Source: Priapulus caudatus | Lineage: Eukaryota | Direction of reading: 5' to 3' | Length of the DNA stretch: 64,000 bases | NCBI RefSeq assembly: GCF_000485595.1 | Contig: NW_014577076.1 | Location: forward strand, 744,727-808,726 | Part shown: in pieces, positions 54,601 through 64,000 of the stretch | Position numbering within the stretch: position 1 is the stretch's first letter | Layout: the number at the start of each line of letters is the position of its first letter | Translations under genes and position numbers: made by a program | Notes under the pieces: model-generated | Told to the model about the DNA's origin: nothing | Seen by the model: the letters and a program-made list of their open reading frames with translations, nothing else | The model's database searches: none

Positions 54601-57600
54601 ACGGGTGTGATGGGTAGCGGTGGCCGTGGCCGTGGCGGTTGTGATGGTGATGGTGGTGACAGTTTTTAAAAAGAGCGTACTAACGAAACGCAATGTGATT
54701 TAAAAGATATGGTGGTGGTGGTGGTGGTGGTGGTGGTGGCGGCGGCGGCGGCGGCGGTGGTGGTGATCGACCGTTTTTAAAAAGAGCGTACTAACGAAAC
54801 GTAATGTAATTTAAAAAATATGGCGGCGGCAGTGGGGATGGGTGTTAAGTGGTGGTGGCGGCGGCGGCGGTGGTGGCGACGGCGGCGGTGGCGGCGCCTG
54901 CAGTTGATGGCGGTGGTGATGCTTGTGGTGGTGGTGGTGCTGATGGTGGCAGCAGCAGTGGTGGCGGCGGTGACGACTGGGCTAGCAGTAGCAGTAGCGA
55001 TAGTAGATGTAGATTGTTGTAATAGTAGTAAAATCTATATTACAATAAAATGTTATATCACGATGACGAAAATAATCACCGATCCGCCGCAATATTGGCA
55101 ATGTACGTCCGCATATACATGATCATGAACGCGAGGTAGTGTCCAGTTTATAGCTAATGTTAAGCTGGTCGCTGGTTCGCATGATCGGTCAATATCCTGC
55201 CATCCTTACGCGTAGAGGGCACTCTTCTCAACATGCTTGAGTGGCTGTGAGTAGTGAGGTAGTCGAATAGTGAGTGGGCAGTCCATGCCGCTGCGTGCAG
55301 GCTGGCTTGCCTCAGTCTTCACGTTGTCCGCGTTGCTTCCGTCGTGGGGACGCAGTATACGCATACACTCACACGTACACAGCACAGACGGATGGAACAA
55401 ACACAGACAGGTAGAGAAAAACGGGTACCCCCCGTTAGAGGAACTACGTATTCACAGAGATTCTGAACAAATGCCACACCTTTTTTTCATGAATTCTGTT
55501 TTCGTTCATATAAAATATACATGTTTAAAGCAAGGCAAATCATGTAAATAATACTTGTTTTCTTCGAAAGTATATCCTATTCTCAATGTTTCGATAAGAT
55601 TAGATTGTAAAAAGAATCCTATTTTCTCATTTTCACGGACAGTACTAGGCTTGAATTTATTAAGGAATACTCTTTCACCTGTTGTTCATTTTTGCTGTTT
55701 GGGGGGGGGGGGTTGCTCCAACCGCGGTAACCGTAGCCATATTCTTTGGCATTCTTCGTGCAGTTTACTCATTTATTGAGCAGCCGTGTCAGCTTGGTGT
55801 ACACACTGCCGGCATACGATGCGTACGTACTTGGTCGTTAAACACCTTGTTTGCTGACTTCTCATTCAAGCACGTCATCGCCTTACAACCCCTAGGCGTG
55901 ATGAATTATGCATCGTTCTATTAAATCTAAATCTGCAGCTGTTAACGAACTTCAGTGTCTTTTTCACGTATCACCAGCCACTCACTGCATTTCTTTAAAG
56001 TACTAATATGTTCTGTGAAAAATCTTTAAAAAATTTCACTTGATGCTCATAGTAAATAGTATATTTTTAGCGACGTTTAAGCGCCCTGGGGCTCTGTTTA
56101 CTTTTTCACCCACGTAACTAGATGCATAGTTAAAGTGAGCGGCACGGCCGGCTCATATGTCAAAGGTTTATCAAATTAAAGTTTGGGTTATTCAATTATA
56201 TCCTACAGCTTCGGGAGAATATGTCGAGAAACGATTTACTGCCTAATGCGGTTATGCTGGCTCAAAGTAACCGAGTTAGCATGAAAATTATGTCTGATGC
56301 GTAGTAAGAAATCGTTATAACGGTTTAGAGTTTCTTTGATAAAAGTCGGTTTATATGCATTTAGTTCTTTCATCGGGTCTTCAAAGTTGATGCTTCTTCT
56401 GTTGTTCTCTGTTTGACATGTCATACAAAGTTGAATAGAATAGGCCAAATGCAGTATAACATTATTCACATCTATTCTACATACTATTCTGCAACTGCTA
56501 CGTATATAAAATGCTGGGTGTGAGAAATAGTGTCATGATCCGTTATTATATAGCATATTAAAACCAATGTACATGTTTAATAGTTAAGCCATTTACTTGG
56601 TTAGTTAGTTGGTCTATTGGTCGGTCGCTCGATCGGGCGGTCGGTCGGTTCATCGGTCTGTTATATATTATAATGATGAAAACCCGTGACAAAGCTAGTC
56701 AGCTGTTAATGGCACGTATTTGTACATGTACAGGACATGTGTGAACGGCTCGGTCATCAAGGATCAGACGTTGCTGAAGCATGGTGACAGAGTGCTGTGG
56801 GGAAACCACCACTTCTTCCGCATCAATTGCCCGAAGCCAGCTATGAGTGAGTACATGTATATATGGAAGACATCCAACATCTTATCTCACCGCATCGCAT
56901 GCATCACGTGTATTGTGTGTATTTATATAGTCAGTCTAACCAGCTATAGCACGCAGTCTGCAGTATAAAATTTCAAGTACAATTGCGGGGTCGTATTCAT
57001 GGTATCATTAAATATCTCCGTCGGTGGTTATATATGCATACTGAAGTCTGCTTTTGTAGACATAGTCGTCGTTTATGTTGTTATGGGCACGCACCCACAT
57101 TATAACCTTATATTATCATGGTAGCAGAGACTTCGTAGCATCACTGCAGGCAAGCCAGTTTCATTGCAGTATTATTAGGGAGGCAGCTATGTAACAATAT
57201 CGTTACGGAGACGTGGTTGTTACAACAGTACGAGGATTGACATGCTTGTTACAGGATAATTATGGAAGATATGTGTGTTACATTATTAGGGAGAACATGC
57301 TTGTTACAGCATCATTAGGGAGAACATGCTTGTTACAGCATCACTAGGGCGAACATGCTTGTTACAGCATCATTAGGGAATATATATATAGATATGTATG
57401 TATATATATATAAATGGATTTTATGTGCGATGCACGCGTCCAGGCACCCACCGTGATAGATGGACTTAATGTCATGAGTGATAACACCTCGCGACTAATG
57501 TAACATGTATCTTCTTCAATCTTTGTCACAATTCGTGACGTCTGCGTTAATTAATACTCTCTTTATTTATACATATATACAATTATACATATACTTTTTT

Positions 57601-58063
57601 TATTATACATAAATAATACTCTCTTTTAATTTAACGTTAGCTTTACACTGATTGCCTATGAAAACTTTGATATTCGTACGTGAGTGCGTGTTTGCGAGCG
57701 AGTATGCGTTCGTGCATGCGAGCGAGCGTGCGTGCTTACGTGCGTATATACGTGCGTGTTGTATGCGTGTCGCTACCATCACCTGTCGTTTACACCGATC
57801 TCATGGTAATGATAGAACTATTCACTTCACACACAAATGAAAAAGCAATCGGTTCTTCTGTTGCTGATTATACCAATTGAAAACAGATCATATATTAAGA
57901 CAAATGCCTTGTTAAGCAGGAAAATGTCTAACTTCATTGATGAATTTTACTAGGCATATACTCATTCCTGCTTTCTTCGGAATGATCAGAATTCCCCCAT
58001 TTAAATGTCTATTTAAATTTGCTTTTGCATGTAGACGTGAGTATACGCGCGCGCGTGCGCGCG

Positions 58064-58096
<33 letters not shown>

Positions 58097-58151
58097 CGTG
58101 TGTGAGAGAGAGAGAGAGTGTGTGTGCAAGGTAGAGAGATGCATGTGTGTG

Positions 58152-58207
<56 letters not shown>

Positions 58208-61200
58208 AGCGTGCGCGCGCGCGCGCGTGCGCGCGTATGTGTGTTTGTGTATGTGTTGTGTGTGTGTATGTATGCGTGTGTGTGTGCGTGCGTACGTGTG
58301 TGTGCGTGCGTACGTGTGTGTGCGTGTGTGTGTGTGTGTGCGTGTGTACGTGCGCCAGTGCCAGGCATAGCCCACCGAACGTAGATAGACACGGACGGTC
58401 TTCAATCTTCGGATATCATTGGTCAATTCCGGTTAGCATTACGTTAGGATTAAATGCAAGGTTAGGGTTATGGTTAGGGCTATAGTGATGACGTATGATG
58501 ATGGCGATGTATGGAGGTGGTTCCTAACGTAGGATTGAGCCCACGAGCTGATTCTTGCATATACAGGTGGCCCTAAACGTAGCAGAATTAACCAAGGTAC
58601 ATGGACAAGCAGTTAAATACGTGACTGTGCGCATAGAGCACTCTACTTGATACAGCCAGACCATAGTCTCTCTGTCTGTCAGTTTGTCTGAAAATACTAC
58701 GAGTGAGTGGACTGAAACCATCGTTATAACTGTGACGTGAACACGCTGAAAAACATTCGCGTTATAACTGGAAGTTACAACAAACGAGCTTGTTAGAAGT
58801 GCGCCAGCTGCCAGAGTTCACTGATGTTTCCACAGTCTGTGTCACGCAGTAGTGTTGACGATACGATGATAGACGTATGAGTGTGTGCTTTTAATGATGA
58901 ATGTACGTGAGTAGCATTTGTTGGTGACAAGACAGTAATATTATATGACGTAGATCATTGACATTTGGTAACGTGTTGGTGACATTTGCTGACATTTGCT
59001 GACATTATGTTAGTGATATTAAGTGACATTACATCAGTGATATTAGGTGATGTACATCAGAGACATTTCGTAATATATTAGTGACATTAAATGACATTAC
59101 ATCAATCAACGTTTTGTGATGCACATAGATGGCATATGTATTGTTACTTACATCTGCTATATACTATTATGTTTATCAGGGACAGTTTGCTACATATATA
59201 AGTGGTGCTTTGTTACATACATTAGTGACATAATGTTATGTGTATATCAGTTGCATGTCGTTATAGTGACAGCTATGAGCTGTTGCTGTGTACATCAGTG
59301 AGATATTGTTATCCACATCTGCAATCAATGTTTTGTTATCTGTATCGGTGACCTATTCTGACACGTGTTGCTGACGATTAGTTATGTACATTATAATTGC
59401 ATTATTATCCGCATCAGCAATATTTTGGTATTTATGTAAACGACGTATTGTTACATAATGCTACTAATGTTTTGCTATACACGTTACTGGTGTATTGTTG
59501 GCCACATCAGCGACGTCTTGTTGCATATAATTATCAGTAACATATTGTTAAATATGCCACTGACTTTTTGACGTTTTGGTGACATCCTTTGTGGTGACAT
59601 TTCCTGTAAGAATTTCATGTTGCTCTACAGGTGCCTTGGAGCGACAGAAGCAGATGTACGAGCAGCAGCTACAGAAGCTGCGCAGCCAGATCTCACCAAA
59701 CACACCCACGAACCCCTACGGCTCGTTCGGTGACCTACGAGGGGTCACGTCACCTAGCAACGCCAATGTCAATGCGCGATACAAGCAGTGGGCCGAAGAA
59801 AAGTAAGCCGACGTCGCGAATGATGTCGTAACACGCCAGCAGGGATGTGTGACACCTGTGCGGTTTATCGTGCGTGGGGGTTCATTCATGTTGCCTGGTA
59901 TTATGCTAAACTCAGGTATATTGTGTTATAGACTGTAGTTAAAATTCTGTTGGTGCACGGGGATTTGCGAACATGCGCCGAAAAACAGATAGACTCCTTG
60001 TTTGTATTCCTGTCTAAATATTTACAGTGCATACTGGCAGGCAGTTGGATTTGTCGTGGCTGCCGTATATGATTAGATTGTGCGTGGTTTTGAAGTAAGA
60101 AGTAATTTTATCGTTTACAAAGAGGCCTGATGTTTAATGGATTTTTTCGCCAAGAGGGCTTACATTTCCTGCAAGTAGGCAAACGTGAGCAAATGGGGTT
60201 TGGGTTTGTAGTTAGTTGCACTAAAGAATTTATATAGGCCTGTTTAGATGGAAATTTGAAGTGAAATAAGGAACATTACCAAAATCCTTTTTCCTAGGTG
60301 GATCGCACATGATGTAATGTGCTCATTTGTATACATGAGCAATATATGCTGGCAGGCTTTGAACATTGAAATTACTGGTACCTGAAATGATTTTCGTATT
60401 TCGCCTACCATTTTACGGGGTGGATCATACTCTCAGTTGGTATAGGCCAATGAAATTCTGAGTACTGCACACATTGTGTAGTCAAATACATGTAGATATA
60501 ATCTGTTTTCATGAGAAAGTATTGAGTTGAAAATGCTTCCAGTCGGCATCCATTCTGTTTCAGTCGATCATTTTATGCGAACAAGAAATTGTTTAAAGCT
60601 GGCCATGAACAGCAACTATGAATGCAGTAAAGGGAGGATCGCATACATCACCATAATGTGTGATTACTTTTGCCAGGGATAAGGTCTTCAAGGCGAGTCT
60701 GACAAAGCTGAGGGAGGAGGTGGTGAGGGCAAACGCCATCACTAGAGAAGCAAACTATCTGTCAGAGGAGCTGGCGCGGCGCACTGAGTTCCACGTCACC
60801 CTGCAAATTCCTGCAGCCAACCTCAGTCCCAACAGGAAGGTGAGAGAAGCCATGCTATCACTGCAGCCGACTTATATATGTCATTGTTTAACATCACCTC
60901 TTAGTTACCAAGGGCAGGCAGGTCACGTTACCGTGTGCCCTTGTTTTACACACATTTACAGCAGTCTATAGTGCAAGCTCACTGTCATTCACTGTTTAGT
61001 TCAAAGTAAACCGTAGTACAGTTAACTGTGTGAAAGTAGGTATGATAAAGTATTTTTGCATCATCAAATGTAGTTATTGTGATGATTCATGTAAAATCTT
61101 TTGCAACGGCAAGTTTAATAAGGATCTCATTATGAGGTGTTATTCTGTCGGTGCTAGCATTGTTGTGGTTTTACAGAGAGGAGCGTTTGTCAGTGAACCA

Positions 61201-63606
61201 GCAATCCTCGTAAAACGGAAAAACAAGAGCAAGCAAGTGTGGTCGCTAGAGAAACTAGAGAACAAAATCATAGACATGAGAGAGCTGTATGAGGAGCGCA
61301 AGGAAAAGGGTCTTCCTCTGAAGGTATGCCAACAGTAGTGCTGCTTTTCGTATATGTTATAGTGAGTAAGTCCTGCCCTCTATGATGTTAAGGAAAGGAA
61401 AGCGCTTCCCTATATAAACATAAGAAAGTACGTCATGCACTCTTTATAAACAATGGAGATAATCAAATTTTTCAAATCTGTTCTTCCTCTATAACACGTC
61501 CATTTCGCATCTACGTTGATTATTAAGAAGTGCTGCAAATATAAAAAGTTCACATCAATATCTATTCAGCACGATACGATGTGTTTCACGCCGTGCGTTG
61601 TTCACAGGACGAGGTTCCGGTGAAGGGTTACGATCCGTTCTACGAGTCACAGGAGAACCACAACCTGATCGGTGTCGCAAACGTCTTTCTGGAGGTGCTG
61701 TTCCACGATGCTAAGCTCGACTATCAGGTTCCCATCATCAGTCAGCAGGGCGAGGTACGTACAGTTGCAGCATTCCGCTCGGTATAATAGCATTGTCCTG
61801 CTGCTGTGACATTGATGCCATCCCACTGTCACCATTAGCATTCTGCAACGGTGACAATGTCCTGGGTGTCTCTGCGAAAATATTAATCCTTATGACAATC
61901 GCCACTCTTCAGCTATGTCTCCACTAGGGTGGTCCTGCTTTTGAGCACTCTGTCCTCCGTCCTGCGCCGCCTCGAGCCGGACGTTAATTTGTCCTCCTTT
62001 TTGGGGTCTGACTAGCTCTACGTTCGTACAGCGGTGCGGTGGCGCTAGTGTTTGTGCAGTCCACCCCTTCGGTGATCTAACAGAAACTCCTGGCCAACAT
62101 AAAACTTCTGGAGATAGCAAGTAAAGGGCAGAAATACCAAAAATAGATGTATTCTTTTCTTTCAATTTTTTATTAATACTGTATGAAAAAGTATCATGTT
62201 AGAATTTTTATTGAATAAAGTAACTAAAGTGATAATCTGTTTGCATTCGTTGTTTTTGCAATACGGTTTAAATTTCATAAAAAAAACTTGCACTTTTTTT
62301 TGAAACACTAATATATGGTAACCTATGACCACGTGCGCAATGTCCTCCTGTTTGGAAATTTGGAAATGGCCACCCTAGTTTCCACACACACGGCACGGCA
62401 CTGCACGGCAAAACGCCGCGCCGTTGTGCTGAAAAAAGTGCATTCATTGAGATTTAGCGCATTGTGTCTGAGCGCATTGTGTTCACTCTGGTTCAGTGCA
62501 CTGAATTTGATCAGAAATTATACATGTGCTTGTTGTCTATTGGCTGATAGTGGCGTGACCAGAACACGTGATAAAAAACAATTGCGTTGATTGGTTCAAT
62601 TGTCTTTCGCCGTACACAGCATCCGGCAAAAGTCAAACTCATTTGACTTTCCCCGTTGCCGTGAAACCGGGCCGGCTCCGTGCCGTGTCAGTGGAGAGTG
62701 GAGACTGTGCCATAAGATATTTATAGATTTGAATTTTGCCAGAACGGGTGTGTCAGTCCTTGGTTGTATCGATACAATTTCTGTGTAGCAGTGAGCTGTT
62801 TCCAAATTAATTTCATTCTTTGTGAACGTTATGTATGTTCTAATATACATCTGAGCAGTCACTTGTCTTCTAATGCGTACTCTAACCACATTGCTAATTT
62901 GACTCTAACATGTCATCTTCTGTCTACTTCACATACAGATACAGACTATGCTACGTTATAAAAATAGCTTGTTAATGTCATCTGTATCTAGCTAACTGGC
63001 TTGCAAGGTGATCGCATTCAGATGTATACCAGCAGCTCGTTCTGTCTTCTCTTCCTCTGGCCTCTCTCCTCTTTCCCTCTATACCCTCCTACTTCTTCCT
63101 CTCTCTTTCTCTCTCGTCTCTCTAGGCCTCTCTCTTCTCAATCTATCCGCCCTCTCTCTCTCTCTCTCTCTTCTCGTCTCTCTCTCTCTCCTCTCTCTCT
63201 TCTTCTCTACTCTCTCTCCTCTCTCTGCTCTCTCTCTCTCTCTATCTCTCTCTTTTCTCCTCTCTCTCTCTCTCTTTCTCGCTCTCTCTTTCTCTCTCTC
63301 TCTCTCTCTTTCTATCTCTATCTCTCTCTCTTTTTTTCTCTCTTTCTCTCTGACTCCCTCTCTCTCCCGCCTGCTACTGGGCTGCAGGGAGAATGGTCAT
63401 GCAGATGTGCAGCAACAGCTCATGGGTTCTCTCTTGTTCTCACGCTCCTCGTCTAGGTTGCAGGCAGACTACACGTGGAGCTGTCACGTACCGCAGGCAC
63501 GCTCGGCTCTGACCGCATGGGCGACGCAGAGATCGATGAGATGGACATAAACAAGAACAATATCGACGATGACTCAAACATGCCGACCAGCCACATAACC
63601 GTCAAG
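42482..63606 (+). CDS. KIF13: Partial multi-exon kinesin-3 KIF13A/KIF13B (Khc-73) family gene: FHA domain and stalk; 7 exons, 1029 nt, 343 codons; 5' motor exons and 3' exons not seen in window
   Basis: join(42482..42618,56734..56846,59631..59802,60677..60839,61177..61323,61608..61754,63457..63606). All introns are GT-AG with compatible phases. Motifs [62 protein letters not shown] and [16 protein letters not shown] match KIF13/Khc-73 as recalled. Confidence 0.95.
43981..52435. repeat. Intronic 14-bp satellite: CTAGCTGTCTGCTG grading into CTAGCTACTCACTG; middle is noisy and partly inverted (likely artefact)
   Basis: Clean units at 43981-44290 and 52151-52430; orientation flips near 49040. 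Confidence 0.88.
49006..49074. other. Noisy PacBio SMRTbell adapter-like remnant at the fold-back point
   Basis: atctgcctc-cgaaacagcgggcgcaatc-ggaagggaaggcagggcgaaggg-caacaa-gagcggagagat is collinear with ATCTCTCTC-AACAACAACAAC-GGAGGAGGAGG-AAAA-GAGAGAGAT. Confidence 0.7.
52640..53110. repeat. Degenerate ~42-bp tandem repeat (GGGACCCGCAATTTGCATACAGGAAGCC core)
   Basis: Recurrent CAATTTGCATACAGG motif; ~14-residue periodicity in ORF 52775..53113. Confidence 0.7.
54535..54975. repeat. (GGC/GGT)n tracts interleaved with two copies of a ~50-bp core (GTTTTTAAAAAGAGCGTACTAACGAAACG..ATGT.ATTT)
   Basis: Core at ~54660-54705 and ~54772-54818; a related inverted copy lies at ~28645-28692. Confidence 0.8.
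56734..56846 (+). CDS. KIF13: KIF13 exon, FHA domain C-half ([38 protein letters not shown])
   Basis: Acceptor catgtacag, donor A|gtgagt, 113 nt; AG+G completes Arg with the previous exon. Confidence 0.93.
57282..57379. repeat. 29-bp minisatellite (CATCATTAGGGAGAACATGCTTGTTACAG), 3 or more units
   Basis: Direct tandem copies, with degenerate units upstream. Confidence 0.85.
59631..59802 (+). CDS. KIF13: KIF13 exon, coiled-coil stalk ([22 protein letters not shown]...RYKQWAEE)
   Basis: Acceptor tgctctacag, donor AA|gtaagc, 172 nt; matches the ALERQ..YE and QWAEE motifs of KIF13. Confidence 0.92.
60677..60839 (+). CDS. KIF13: KIF13 exon ([54 protein letters not shown])
   Basis: Acceptor tttgccag, donor AAG|gtgaga, 163 nt. 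Confidence 0.94.
61177..61323 (+). CDS. KIF13: KIF13 exon ([49 protein letters not shown])
   Basis: Acceptor ttttacag, donor AAG|gtatgc, 147 nt; [14 protein letters not shown] is a kinesin-3 stalk motif. Confidence 0.94.
61608..61754 (+). CDS. KIF13: KIF13 exon ([49 protein letters not shown])
   Basis: Acceptor gttcacag, donor GAG|gtacgt, 147 nt. Confidence 0.94.
61911..62711. mobile_element. Harbinger-like MITE whose left TIR is split by the hAT MITE
   Basis: Reconstructed left end AGCTATGTCTCCACACACACGGCACGG versus right end CCGTGCCGTGTCAGTGGAGA..GTGGAGAC; internal hairpin AAAGTCAAA-CTCA-TTTGACTTT at 62629-62650. Confidence 0.55.
61925..62377. mobile_element. hAT-like MITE with 8-bp TSD
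   Basis: TIRs TAGGGTGGTCCT / ATGGCCACCCTA; flanks GTCTCCAC and GTTTCCAC (1 mismatch); repeated TGTCCTCC subterminal motifs. Confidence 0.72.
63457..63606 (+). CDS. KIF13: KIF13 exon ([50 protein letters not shown]), absent from the ORF track
   Basis: Acceptor cctcgtctag, donor AAG|gtatag, 150 nt; continues [12 protein letters not shown]. Confidence 0.9.
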
Positions 63607-64000
63607 GTATAGCTGAATTACAGGGGCATGGCTGGGTACTGTAGGGTGCAGTTCCACTGGGTTAGCTTCGGGGGCTTTGTTGGGTGAACATGGGTGTCGC
63701 GATGTTAGTAAGTAACTGCCCATCTCGACTTTTGTTAGTCTTCTTGTAACTTTTGTTATGTAATCTTGAGAGGTGCTGAGATGTAACTGTGAAGGTGTCA
63801 CAGGAACAGTACAGGCAGTTACAGCTGATTGCATCGCACACGTTCACACGTGCTAAGCCATCCAGAACCTTACTAGCCCCTTTTATATATTACCCCTTGT
63901 CATGCAAAGTTATGGCATAATTTTTCTTGGTTGCTTGAAACCCAGCCAGCTAAGAAACCCTCTTGAAGGCCTTCCTCCTCCTTCCCTCCCCATCCACTCA

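Noticed and set aside
58460..58480. Telomere-like GGTTAGGGTTATGGTTAGGG
   Set aside because: Only about 3 imperfect units; such motifs are common inside invertebrate TEs.

Overview
This is metazoan (invertebrate-type) genomic DNA, not prokaryotic, and it is dominated by microsatellites, minisatellites, non-autonomous transposons and six N-gaps. One protein-coding gene is supportable: seven GT-AG exons on the + strand (42482-63606) of a kinesin-3 KIF13A/B (Khc-73-like) gene. They cover the FHA domain and stalk and splice in frame to 343 codons. I found no motor-domain exons upstream, and a conserved ~50-aa post-FHA segment appears to be missing. At 10.3-12.8 kb a 5'-truncated R4/Dong-clade retrotransposon with a restriction-like endonuclease (RLE) ends in (TAA)n. 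It is split by a Kolobok-like MITE, a Helentron-type element and a 59-bp fold-back insertion with a 9-bp TSD. Other mobile elements are a 40-bp TIR-only palindromic insertion with a 7-bp TSD, a TTAA-flanked MITE with 125-bp TIRs, and a hAT-like MITE nested in a Harbinger-like MITE. The apparent multi-kb inverted satellite at 47-52 kb pivots on a noisy PacBio SMRTbell-adapter-like sequence and is most likely an assembly artefact. Nearly all ORFs in the supplied track are repeat-derived. I found no convincing novel multi-gene system; the ultra-short TSD-flanked palindromic insertions are the most novel-looking biology. Family assignments rest on recalled motifs, not database searches.
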